Source: Veillonellales bacterium
Lineage (GTDB): Bacteria; Bacillota; Negativicutes; Veillonellales; Dialisteraceae
Direction: 5' to 3'
DNA: 64,000 nt
Assembly (NCBI GenBank): GCA_944390485.1
Contig: CALXPQ010000004.1
Span: 33,985-97,984 of the forward strand
Of the stretch, positions 1 to 7,820 are shown piece after piece. Both the position numbers and the translations under genes were made by a program. Position 1 is the first letter of the stretch, and each line of letters starts with the position of its first letter. A model generated the notes under the pieces. It did not search any database, had not been told where the DNA came from, and saw only the letters and a program-made list of their open reading frames with translations.

Positions 1-818
1 TGCGCCTTCGCGTAGAAGGCTTCCGCATCGCCGAAGGCGTCTCCGTCGGGCACCGCGGCGTAGCGGGCGCCGTCGGTCAGGCTGTAGTCCCCGCGGTCCG
101 CGTCGGAGAAGCGGCCGAAGCCCAGCTGCACTTCGTACCGCCCGCCGAAAGGCACGCGCAGCTCCGCGCCGTCGAAGGCGTTCCCGTAGAGCCAGTTGTC
201 CTGCGTGCCCAGGTCCAGCTCGTACCGGCCGAGGGTGAGCGCCGCCGGGCCGAAAGCGTGGCGCGCGTAGATCCGGTCCATGAATACGTCTCCGCTGTCC
301 CCGCTCTCGAAATCGATGTCGCCCGTGGTGAAGCGCCCGGTGACGGTGGTGCGGTCGTTCACCGCCGCCTCGGCGGTGAGGCGGAGCCGGCCCGTATTCA
401 CTTCATTGTCTCCGTTGTCTTTGCGCTCCGTCCATTTCTGATGGGCCGTGCGCAGTTCTCCGCGCCACGCGATGTGCCCCGCCTGCCGCTCCAGATTCGC
501 CACGCGCAGGCCGAGCGTCTCCAGCTCCGGCGCGTATTCTTCGGCGAGGCGGTCCACCTTCGCCCGTTCGTCCGGGGTGAGGCGGTCTTCCTTCGCGAGG
601 AGCCGCGCGGTGATCTGCGCCATCTCGTACCGCGTGACCGGCGTCTCCCCGCGGAACGTCCCGTCCGGGTAGCCCTCCACGAGTCCCGCGTCCGCGAGCT
701 CCGCCACCGACTGGTACGCCCAGTCCGAAGGGGCCACGTCGGAGAAGGGATTCGCCGCCGCCGCGCCGCCCGCAAGAAGCCCCGCCATGGCCGCGCCCGT
801 CCAAAGGTATTTCCTCAT
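1..818 (-). CDS. SLH-domain outer-membrane porin (OmpM/Mep45-like), C-terminus cut by the window edge
   Basis: Absent from the ORF track because there is no stop in the window. From the ATG at 818 the reverse strand reads MRKYLWTGAAMAGLLAGGAAAANPFSDVAPSDWAYQSVAELADAGLVEGYPDGTFRGETPVTRYEMAQITARLLAKE... This is a signal peptide, an SLH domain, a coiled linker and the barrel start. It is collinear with the paralog at 39205-40488 up to ...FGDAEAFYAKA at position 3. Confidence 0.8.
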   Translation of the reverse strand, partial: MRKYLWTGAAMAGLLAGGAAAANPFSDVAPSDWAYQSVAELADAGLVEGYPDGTFRGETPVTRYEMAQITARLLAKEDRLTPDERAKVDRLAEEYAPELETLGLRVANLERQAGHIAWRGELRTAHQKWTERKDNGDNEVNTGRLRLTAEAAVNDRTTVTGRFTTGDIDFESGDSGDVFMDRIYARHAFGPAALTLGRYELDLGTQDNWLYGNAFDGAELRVPFGGRYEVQLGFGRFSDADRGDYSLTDGARYAAVPDGDAFGDAEAFYAKA

Positions 819-1000
819 AGTCTCTCTCCTGTCTCTCTGCTTTCCGCGGCGCTTCTCCGCCGCGTCCCGCCCGCCGCCGGAAAAACGGATTCCACAGCTC
901 CCGCGGCGGGACATGTCCCCTGTATCGTATCCTATCTATCTCCCCTTTGGCAAGAGAGGAGCGGAGAAAAAGAGAGCCGTCCGCCTGTCTGCGGACACTG

Positions 1001-1039
1001 AAAAAGCAGGCCCTCCGGAGAAGGTCTGCTTTTCTTTTT
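1001..1039 (-). terminator. intrinsic terminator (bidirectional) downstream of larA copy 1
   Basis: Stem GCAGGCC (1006-1012) pairs with GGTCTGC (1023-1029). An A-run and a T-run flank it. Confidence 0.6.
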
Positions 1040-1044
1040 GTTCA

Positions 1045-2349
1045 TTATTTTGCAAGCGACGGGATGACGCTGCCGCCGTGAGGAAGGATATTCACCGTGG
1101 GCGCGCCGATGCCGGCCGCGGCGCACTGCGCTCTGGCCATGGCCCAGGCGTCCTCCACGGTCTCCGCGGGGATCTGGCCGGTCTTCCGCACGAGGTCGAA
1201 ATTCTCTTTCCGCGTCACCATGTAGATGGTGTATTTGTGGGCGAGGCAGAAAAGATTGAACGCCGCGAAGAAGGGGATGGTGAACTGCTCCCGGAGAGCG
1301 CGCTCCATGTCGGCTTCGCTCTCGAAGCGGAAGCTCTCCATGAAAGCCGGCGGGTCCATGATCTCCGGGGACTCCACGATGGCGATGATGATGCCGCCGG
1401 GCTTCGTGGTCTCCGCCGCGGCGTCGTAGAATTTGCAGCCCTGATAGAGATTCACGTCTTTCGGGTAGCCGCCGGCGCAGCCGAAGGTCACGTCCGCCCG
1501 CGCGGGGTAGGTCACTTTCTGGATGCGCGCCACTTCGCGCACGCCGTCCATCCACGCTTCGTGCGGGTCGCCGCCCACCAGACGGCAGATCTGCCCTTCG
1601 TCATTTACCACGGAATGGACGAGGAAGCACGGACGGACCATGTCGCACGCCTCCTGCATGTCGTCGCTCACGGGGTTGCCGTCCAGCACGGCCGCGCGGG
1701 TGGCGGGATTCACGCCGCCGCCGAAGTGGTCCGCCAGGGCGTGGCAGTGGTTCTTCTGGATGGAGTCCCACCCGGCCACGCCGGGGAGGATCATCTTCCG
1801 GCCGGCGCTGTAGCCCGCGAAGAGGTGCGTGGTGATGCCGTCCACGAGGATGACCTTGTCCGCCTCCACCACGCGGCGGTTCAGCTCCACCGGGGTGCCG
1901 CGGGAGGTGGTGCCCACGAGGACGAGGTTCGCCCTGTCCCGGCTGTCGTGCTGGTAGAGCCGGATGCGGCGCGCCACTTCCTCGCCGACGACGCGCACGT
2001 CTTCTTCCGGTGTGTGCTTGCGGTGGGTGCCCTGGGCGAAGAGGATGGAAATGTCTCCGTCCGGCACGCCGCCCCGGTTCAGCTCATTCACGATGTGGAT
2101 GACGAACTGGTCGGAATGGTTCCACGCGCGGGTGATGTCCGCGCAGACGATGCACACCTTGTCGCCGGGCGCGACCAGCTCTGCGAGAGGCGCGGTGCCG
2201 GCAGGATGGCGGAGGCAGCGGAGCGCCGCTTCTTCCACGTCCACGGCGGGCGCGGGGTTGCCCTCGATGATGGAAAGGATCTGTTCTTCCGGGATGGCCA
2301 CGGTCTGCGTGCCCATGCCGTAGCCGAATGTGATTGTTTTCTGTGCCAT
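1045..2349 (-). CDS. larA: LarA-family nickel-pincer-cofactor 2-hydroxyacid racemase/epimerase, copy 1
   Basis: DUF2088/LarA motifs are present: FAQGTHR, ITTHLFAGYSAGRKMILPGVAG, NHCHALAD. I placed the start at MAQKT (2349) because GGGAGG lies 5 nt upstream; the track start at 2361 lacks an RBS. Confidence 0.8.
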   Translation of the reverse strand: MAQKTITFGYGMGTQTVAIPEEQILSIIEGNPAPAVDVEEAALRCLRHPAGTAPLAELVAPGDKVCIVCADITRAWNHSDQFVIHIVNELNRGGVPDGDISILFAQGTHRKHTPEEDVRVVGEEVARRIRLYQHDSRDRANLVLVGTTSRGTPVELNRRVVEADKVILVDGITTHLFAGYSAGRKMILPGVAGWDSIQKNHCHALADHFGGGVNPATRAAVLDGNPVSDDMQEACDMVRPCFLVHSVVNDEGQICRLVGGDPHEAWMDGVREVARIQKVTYPARADVTFGCAGGYPKDVNLYQGCKFYDAAAETTKPGGIIIAIVESPEIMDPPAFMESFRFESEADMERALREQFTIPFFAAFNLFCLAHKYTIYMVTRKENFDLVRKTGQIPAETVEDAWAMARAQCAAAGIGAPTVNILPHGGSVIPSLAK

Positions 2350-2437
2350 GATGCCTCCCATGGGAAATCTCTGAAAATCGTCCCCATTATAGCAGAAAAA
2401 GGCCCTGATGCCAGAGCCTCTTTGCCGGATTTTCTGT

Positions 2438-3748
2438 TTATTTGTCTTCCGCGAGCGTCGGGACGATGGACGCGCAGTGGGGCATGATGTTGATGGTGTA
2501 GTCGGTCTTTCCTTCGGCGGCGAGCTGCTTCTGCGCGAGCTCCCACGCTTCTTCCACGGTCGCCACGGGGATCTGGCCGGTCTTCTTCGTCATTTCCAGA
2601 TTTTCCTTTTTCGTGACGAGGTAGATGGTGTACTTGTGGCTCATGCAGAAGAGATTGAACGCCACGAAGAAGGGAATGGTGAAGTTTTCCCGGAGGGCGC
2701 GCTCCATGTCTTCTTCCGTGTCGTACTGGAAGCTGCCCATGTATTCCGCCGGTTCGAGGATGTCCCGCGCTTCCATGATGGCGATGATGATGCCGCCGGG
2801 CTTCGTGGCCGCGTCCGCCGGGTCGTAGCACTTGCAGCCCTGGTAGAGGGAGACGTCCTTCGGATAGCCGCCGGCGCAGGCGAAGCTCACGTCCGCTTTC
2901 TGCTTGAAGGGCACTTTCTGGATGCGGTACACTTCCTTCGTCCCTTCGAGCCACGCTTCGTAGGGGTCGCCGCCCACCATGCGGCAGATCTGGCCGTCCG
3001 CATTCACCACGGAATGGACGAGGAAGCACGGCGCGAGCATGTCGCACGCTTCCTGCATGTCGTCGCTCACGGGGTTGTTCTCCAGCACGGTGGAGCGGGT
3101 CGCCGGATTGATGCCGCCGCCGAACTGGTCCGCGAGCGCGTGGCAGTGGTTGATCTGGATGGTGTCCCAGCCGGCCACGCCGGGGAGGATGAGCTTGCGG
3201 CCGCCGCCGTACCCTGCGAAGAGGTGCGTGGTGATGCCGTTCACGAGGATGATCTTGTCCGCCGCGGCGACGCGCTTGTCGATCCACACGGGAGTGCCGA
3301 GCTTCGTGGTGCCCACGAGGGTGAGGCCGTCCTTATTGCGGCTGTCGTGCTGGTAGAGCCGGATGCGGCGCGCCACTTCTTCGCCGACGACGCGCACGTC
3401 TTCTTCCGGGGTCTGGGCGCGGTGCGTGCCCTGCGCGAAGACGATGTACATATCCTCGTCGGGGATGCCCGCCCGGTTCAGCTCGTTCACGATGTGGATG
3501 ACGAACTGGTCGGAATGGTTCCACGTGCGGGTGACGTCCGCGCAGACGATGCACACTTTGTCGCCGGGTTTTACGACTTCCGCGAGAGGAGCCGAGCCGA
3601 TGGGATGGCGCATGCAGTCGAGCGCCGCCGCTTCCACGTCCACGGCGGGCGTCGCGTTGCCTTCGATCACGTCGGAGATGTGCTCTTCCGGGAGCATGAC
3701 CGACTGATACCCTGTACCAAAACCAAATTTGAATTCTTTCAATGCCAT
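2438..3748 (-). CDS. larA: LarA-family nickel-pincer-cofactor 2-hydroxyacid racemase/epimerase, copy 2 (tandem paralog)
   Basis: It carries the same motifs (FAQGTHR, ITTHLFAGYGGGRKLILPGVAG, NHCHALAD) and is collinear with copy 1 over its full length. AAGGAGG lies 8 nt upstream of the ATG. Confidence 0.8.
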   Translation of the reverse strand: MALKEFKFGFGTGYQSVMLPEEHISDVIEGNATPAVDVEAAALDCMRHPIGSAPLAEVVKPGDKVCIVCADVTRTWNHSDQFVIHIVNELNRAGIPDEDMYIVFAQGTHRAQTPEEDVRVVGEEVARRIRLYQHDSRNKDGLTLVGTTKLGTPVWIDKRVAAADKIILVNGITTHLFAGYGGGRKLILPGVAGWDTIQINHCHALADQFGGGINPATRSTVLENNPVSDDMQEACDMLAPCFLVHSVVNADGQICRMVGGDPYEAWLEGTKEVYRIQKVPFKQKADVSFACAGGYPKDVSLYQGCKCYDPADAATKPGGIIIAIMEARDILEPAEYMGSFQYDTEEDMERALRENFTIPFFVAFNLFCMSHKYTIYLVTKKENLEMTKKTGQIPVATVEEAWELAQKQLAAEGKTDYTINIMPHCASIVPTLAEDK

Positions 3749-3882
3749 AATGGCCCGCCTCCTTTGCTGCGGCGCGGGTGCGCCTGCATTTTTCTGTGTA
3801 TTTTTTTATTATATCATGCATGGCGGTCCGCTGTCCTGCCGCCATGCCGGTCATGGTACAATGAAATGGAAAGGAGGCGCTC

Positions 3883-4482
3883 ATGATCGAAGCCATCTAT
3901 CAGCGGCGGAGCATCCGCTGGTTTCAGGACCGGCCCATCCCGGAAGCGGCGCTCCGGGAGATCCTCCGCGCGGGGCGGCAGGCCCCTTCGCCGAAGAACC
4001 GCCAGCCCTGGCATTTCATCGTCGTGTTTGGCGCGTCAAAGACGGGCATGCTCGCCGCCATGGAGGAAGGCCTCTGCCGGGCGGAGCGGGGCGAAGGCCT
4101 CCTCGCGCCCCGGCCGGGCTATGTGGAGAACGCCCGCTTCACCCTGCGCGCCATGAGCGAAGCGCCGGTGACGGTCTTCGTGATGAATCCGGAAGGCCGC
4201 CCGCTCCGCGCGGACTGGAGTGCCGCGGAGAAGGTGCACGAGCTGAGCGACATGCAGGCCATCGGCGCGGCCGCGGAAAATATGGCGCTCGCCGCGGCGG
4301 ACCTCGGCATCGGGAGCCTGTGGAACGGCAACATTTTCTTCGCCTATGACGAGCTCCGGCGGTGGCTCTGCGCGGAGGGAGAGCTGGCGCTCGCCCTGTC
4401 CCTCGGCTACAGCGCCCAGCCGCCCTCGCTCCGGCAGATGCCGCGGAAGCCGCTCGAATCCCTCGTCACGTATCGTTCCTGA
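3883..4482 (+). CDS. nitroreductase-family protein
   Basis: The N-terminus MIEAIYQRRSIRWF...APSPKNRQPWHFIVV is typical of the nitroreductase fold. A GGAGG RBS is present, with an extended -10 TGGTACAAT upstream. Confidence 0.8.
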   Translation: MIEAIYQRRSIRWFQDRPIPEAALREILRAGRQAPSPKNRQPWHFIVVFGASKTGMLAAMEEGLCRAERGEGLLAPRPGYVENARFTLRAMSEAPVTVFVMNPEGRPLRADWSAAEKVHELSDMQAIGAAAENMALAAADLGIGSLWNGNIFFAYDELRRWLCAEGELALALSLGYSAQPPSLRQMPRKPLESLVTYRS

Positions 4483-4493
4483 AAGGAGACTCC

Positions 4494-4937
4494 ATGGAAA
4501 AGATCCTCGTCAGCGCCTGCCTCCTCGGCGCCTGCTGCAAGTACGACGGCGGGCACAACCGCAGCGAAGCGGTCCTCGCCTTCCTCAAAGGGAAAGACTA
4601 TATCCCCGTCTGCCCGGAACGCCTCGTCCTCCCCGCGCCGCGTCCACCGGTGGAGCTCCGGGACGGCCGCGTGGTCACGGCAGACGGCGCGGACCGCACC
4701 GCGCTCTATGAGAAAGGCGTGGCGGAGACGCTCTCCTGCCTCGAAGGCGAACCCATCGCGCTGGCCATCCTCAAGGCGCGGAGCCCCACGTGCGGCGCGG
4801 GCACGGTGTACGACGGCACCTTCACCCATACCCGCGTCCCCGGAGACGGCCTGCTCGCCCGCGCGCTCAAGGCCCGGGGCATCCCCGTATGGACCGAGGA
4901 GGATATAGAGCAGGTGCCCGCCCGGCGGGACCCGTGA
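4494..4937 (+). CDS. DUF523 (YbbK/TudS-like Fe-S) protein
   Basis: MEKILVSACLLGACCKYDGGHN... matches the DUF523 signature. The start was moved to 4494 (AAAGGAG RBS); the track ORF begins at 4362. Confidence 0.7.
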   Translation: MEKILVSACLLGACCKYDGGHNRSEAVLAFLKGKDYIPVCPERLVLPAPRPPVELRDGRVVTADGADRTALYEKGVAETLSCLEGEPIALAILKARSPTCGAGTVYDGTFTHTRVPGDGLLARALKARGIPVWTEEDIEQVPARRDP

Positions 4938-4989
4938 GCCCATTCCGCGCACGCAAAAACGCCGCCCCGGAAGGGACGGCGTTTTCCTT

Positions 4990-5283
4990 TCACCACACGG
5001 GCTCTCCGCTTTCCTCTTTGTCCAGCTGGCCGCTGAGCACGCGCTGCTCTTCCTCGCTGCACAGGAGGAGCGCCGCCATGCCGACGCCCAGCCCGTCGGC
5101 GATGTCGAGGAGCGTCGCGATGGAGAGACCGCTGTTGTACTTGCCCCGCTCGATCTTGCTCAGCGTGCTCTTGCTGATGGCGATCTTCCGGGCAAACGCT
5201 TCCTGCGAGAATCCCTCGATGGTGCGGTAGTAGGCGATCTTCGCGCCGATCTGCCGGTAGATCAGTATGCGCCTGGCGTCCAC
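4990..5283 (-). CDS. XRE-family helix-turn-helix transcriptional regulator
   Basis: FSQEAFARKIAISKSTLSKIERGKYNSGLSIATLLDIADGLGV is a Cro/C1-type HTH. The start is GTG with AAGGAGGG 7 nt upstream. Confidence 0.75.
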   Translation of the reverse strand: MDARRILIYRQIGAKIAYYRTIEGFSQEAFARKIAISKSTLSKIERGKYNSGLSIATLLDIADGLGVGMAALLLCSEEEQRVLSGQLDKEESGEPVW

Positions 5284-5349
5284 TGCGTTCCCTCCTTTCC
5301 TGTATTTATAAGTATCTCACATTTCCACGGCCCTCATCTCGCCCGGATA

Positions 5350-5365
5350 GGGCGGATATCCGCCC
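5350..5365. promoter_or_regulatory. perfect 16-nt palindrome GGGCGGATATCCGCCC, candidate operator
   Basis: Read directly from the sequence. It lies 67-82 nt upstream of the XRE regulator start, in an AT-richer intergenic region. Confidence 0.3.
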
Positions 5366-5495
5366 AAATGGTGCGCGCAGGCGGAATCATGAGAAATGAT
5401 GCACAGGCGAACACTTTCGGTTTCATCAACTGATATCTTTTGAAATTCTAGCTCTATTCTATAGGCTTCATATCGGACTGTAAAGGGCGGACAGC

Positions 5496-5535
5496 AAAAA
5501 ACAGCACCTCTCGTGAGATGCTGTTTCTTTTTTTG
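5496..5535 (-). terminator. intrinsic terminator (bidirectional)
   Basis: Stem AACAGCA (5500-5506) pairs with TGCTGTT (5519-5525), between an A-run and a T-run. It sits immediately after the stop at 5536. Confidence 0.65.
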
Positions 5536-5889
5536 TCAGCGGGCGAGCGCTTCGAGTTCGCGCAGGTCGCGGCACACGCTGTCCAGCGCTTCCTGCGCGA
5601 GGGCCGACGTCTCCCGGAGCCGGTCCGCCGCCTGGGCGAGCGCCGCTTCCGGGGCAGTACCGCGCTCCGCCTCGCCGGCGATCTGCTTCAGCGCGTTCTC
5701 CGTGAGTTTCTGCGCGCGGATCGCGAGCGGGGCGTCTTCATAGAGCACGCGGCGCAGCTCCGCCGTGCGGGGCGTTTCGGCGAAATCCGTCCGCCAGCCG
5801 AGCCGCTCCGCCAGCACCGCCGCCGTGCCCGCTTTCCGCCGGCCCGCCGCGACGAGCGCCGCCAGCGCGTCCAGTTCTTTTTCGTCCAT
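5536..5889 (-). CDS. hypothetical helical acidic protein (117 aa)
   Basis: GC3 is high in this frame, and GAGGAGG lies 5 nt upstream of the ATG. I recognise no family. Confidence 0.6.
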   Translation of the reverse strand: MDEKELDALAALVAAGRRKAGTAAVLAERLGWRTDFAETPRTAELRRVLYEDAPLAIRAQKLTENALKQIAGEAERGTAPEAALAQAADRLRETSALAQEALDSVCRDLRELEALAR

Positions 5890-5937
5890 AGATCCTCCTC
5901 TGTGATGCCGGGCAGCAACCCGGCGCGTCCTGCGCTC

Positions 5938-6423
5938 TTACGGATGCGTCCGCAGGAGCCGCCCCTCCTTGCCGGTCATGTGCTCCACGGTGATTTCGAG
6001 CACGGTCACGCCGGCGATGTATTTCCGGATATACGCCGCCCGCTCCGGCGGAGCGTCTTTCACGAACCGCGCGGCCAGCGCGTCGAGCAGGCCCGTCATG
6101 GCCGCCGGGTCCTCGATGAGCCGCACCCGGCCGAAGAGGATGATGCTCCGGTAGGCCGTGCTGTATTCCTCCGGCACGACCTCGTCTTCGTCGATGACGC
6201 AGAACGACACCTTGTCCGACCGGCGCACGGCGTCGATCTTGTGTCCTTCCTTCGCGCAGTGGATGTAGATTTTTTCTCTGTCGTAAAAATAATTCACGGG
6301 CACCGCGTAGGGATAGCCGTCGTCGCCGGACACGGCGAGCACGCCTTCTTTCCCGCGGCGGAGCGCCGCCCGGCACGCGTCGTCCGTCATCTGCTGTCCC
6401 TTCCGTCTCATGGGCCGAAACAT
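5938..6423 (-). CDS. pyridoxamine 5'-phosphate oxidase-fold protein, NimA-like (nitroimidazole reductase family)
   Basis: MFRPMRRKGQQMTDDACRAALRRGKEGVLAV...GYPYAVPVNYFYD is a typical Nim/PNPOx N-terminus. The start is taken at the second ATG (6423), 6 nt after AGGAAGG. Confidence 0.7.
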   Translation of the reverse strand: MFRPMRRKGQQMTDDACRAALRRGKEGVLAVSGDDGYPYAVPVNYFYDREKIYIHCAKEGHKIDAVRRSDKVSFCVIDEDEVVPEEYSTAYRSIILFGRVRLIEDPAAMTGLLDALAARFVKDAPPERAAYIRKYIAGVTVLEITVEHMTGKEGRLLRTHP

Positions 6424-6477
6424 GGGCATCCTTCCTTTCTGTGTGATTTCTTCTGATTATACCATGGGCGGCGCGCG

Positions 6478-6515
6478 AAAAAAGAGCAGGCGTTTCCGCG
6501 CTGCTCTTTCCTTTT
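6478..6515 (-). terminator. intrinsic terminator downstream of galU
   Basis: Stem AGAGCAG (6483-6489) pairs with CTGCTCT (6501-6507), with flanking A and T runs. Confidence 0.6.
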
Positions 6516-6525
6516 CGTCCGCGTA

Positions 6526-7401
6526 TTACAATGTGCCGGCGAGCGTCTTGAGATACGCGGCGAAAGCCGGACCCAGGTCGGGCCGGCGCAGGGCGTATTC
6601 CACGGTCGCTTCGAGGAAGCCTTCCTTGCTGCCCACGTCGTACCGGCGGCCTTCGAAGGCATAGGCGTAGACGTTCTCATTGTGCGCCATCACGCGGAGC
6701 GCGTCGGTGAGCTGCACCTCGCCGCCCTTGCCGGGCTTCGTCTCTTCCAGGATGGGGAAGACGTCCGGCGTGATGACGTACCGCCCCAGCACAGCCATGC
6801 GGCTCGGCGCTTCGGAGACGGCGGGCTTCTCCACCATGTCTTCCACTTTCATGAGGCGCGGGTCTGTCAGGACATCGCCTTTCACGATGCCGTACGAGGA
6901 GACCGCTTCCGGCGCCACTTCCTGGCAGCCGAGGACCGTCGCTCCGGTCTGCTCGTATACGTCGATGAGCTGCGCCAGCGCGGGTTTGCCTTCGTTATAG
7001 ACCACGTCGTCACCGAGGATGACCGCGAAGGGTTCGTGATCCATGAAGGTCTTCGCGCAGAGGATGGCGTCGCCCAGCCCGCGCATGTGCTTCTGGCGCA
7101 CGTAATGCACGGTGATCTCGGAGATCTTCTGGATCTCTTTCAGGAGGTCCATCTTGCCGTGTTCGTAGAGATGGGACTCCAGTTCCGGGGACGAGTCGAA
7201 ATGGTCCTCGATGGCGCGCTTCGCGTGGCCGCTGATGATGAGGATTTCCTCGATGCCGCTGGCGAGGATCTCCTCCACGATGTACTGAATGGTGGGCTTG
7301 TCCACGATGGGGAGCATTTCCTTCGGCATGGCCTTCGTCGCCGGGAGGAAGCGCGTCCCGAATCCCGCTGCGGGGATGACTGCTTTTCTGATGTGCTGCA
7401 T
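6526..7401 (-). CDS. galU: UTP--glucose-1-phosphate uridylyltransferase
   Basis: MQHIRKAVIPAAGFGTRFLPATKAMPKEMLPIVDKPTIQYIVEE is the GalU signature. The start is at 7401 with an AAGGAG RBS; the track start at 7461 is an upstream extension. Confidence 0.9.
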   Translation of the reverse strand: MQHIRKAVIPAAGFGTRFLPATKAMPKEMLPIVDKPTIQYIVEEILASGIEEILIISGHAKRAIEDHFDSSPELESHLYEHGKMDLLKEIQKISEITVHYVRQKHMRGLGDAILCAKTFMDHEPFAVILGDDVVYNEGKPALAQLIDVYEQTGATVLGCQEVAPEAVSSYGIVKGDVLTDPRLMKVEDMVEKPAVSEAPSRMAVLGRYVITPDVFPILEETKPGKGGEVQLTDALRVMAHNENVYAYAFEGRRYDVGSKEGFLEATVEYALRRPDLGPAFAAYLKTLAGTL

Positions 7402-7516
7402 AGAATCTCCTTTTCCGGATGGATTTCCTTCTACTATACCCGATTTGCCGCTCCGGTTCAATGAACGTTTATTTCCTATAGTATATGCTTATCCGCGAGG
7501 GCGGCCGGAGCGGGCA

Positions 7517-7546
7517 ATAAAAAATCCGCCGGCCGCACCGACGGAT
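7517..7546 (-). terminator. intrinsic terminator after the tRNA pair
   Basis: Stem ATCCGCCGG (7524-7532) pairs with CCGACGGAT (7538-7546) with one mismatch. The minus-strand U-run comes from AAAAAA at 7518-7523. Confidence 0.5.
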
Positions 7547-7552
7547 TCTTTC

Positions 7553-7630
7553 TGGTGACCCCAGAGGGATTCGAACCCCCGACACCTTGATTCGTAGTCA
7601 AGTGCTCTATCCAGACTGAGCTATGGAGCC
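7553..7630 (-). tRNA. tRNA-Arg (anticodon ACG), CCA encoded
   Basis: The reverse complement GGCTCCATAGCTCAGTCTGGATAGAGCACTTGACTACGAATCAAGGTGTCGGGGGTTCGAATCCCTCTGGGGTCACCA folds as a cloverleaf. The anticodon loop is CTACGAA. Confidence 0.9.
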
Positions 7631-7634
7631 ATAT

Positions 7635-7710
7635 TGGCAGGGGCAGAGGGACTCAAACCCCCAACCTACAGTTTTGGAGACTGTTGCTCTATCAATTGCG
7701 CTATGCCCCT
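7635..7710 (-). tRNA. tRNA-Trp (anticodon CCA), CCA encoded
   Basis: The reverse complement is AGGGGCATAGCGCAATTGATAGAGCAACAGTCTCCAAAACTGTAGGTTGGGGGTTTGAGTCCCTCTGCCCCTGCCA. The acceptor stem is AGGGGCA/TGCCCCT, the anticodon loop CTCCAAA and the discriminator G. Confidence 0.9.
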
Positions 7711-7743
7711 GCGCCTCGATCACACCTCACATGTGACTTGTAT

Positions 7744-7772
7744 ATCATAGCAGAGTTTCTCCGATTTGGCAA
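7744..7772 (-). promoter_or_regulatory. sigma-70-type promoter for the tRNA-Trp/tRNA-Arg operon
   Basis: The minus strand reads TTGCCA (7772-7767), a 17-nt spacer, then TATGAT (7749-7744). This is about 30 nt upstream of the tRNA-Trp 5' end. Confidence 0.5.
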
Positions 7773-7820
7773 GGGCTTTTGGCGAAAACGGGAAAAATTT
7801 TCCGTCTGCGCAGGGCGGTG

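Noticed and set aside
5389-5433. A 14-codon plus-strand mini-ORF (MRNDAQANTFGFIN) between the XRE gene and the terminator.
   Set aside because: It has no RBS and no resemblance to any known peptide. It is probably a chance ORF in an AT-rich spacer.
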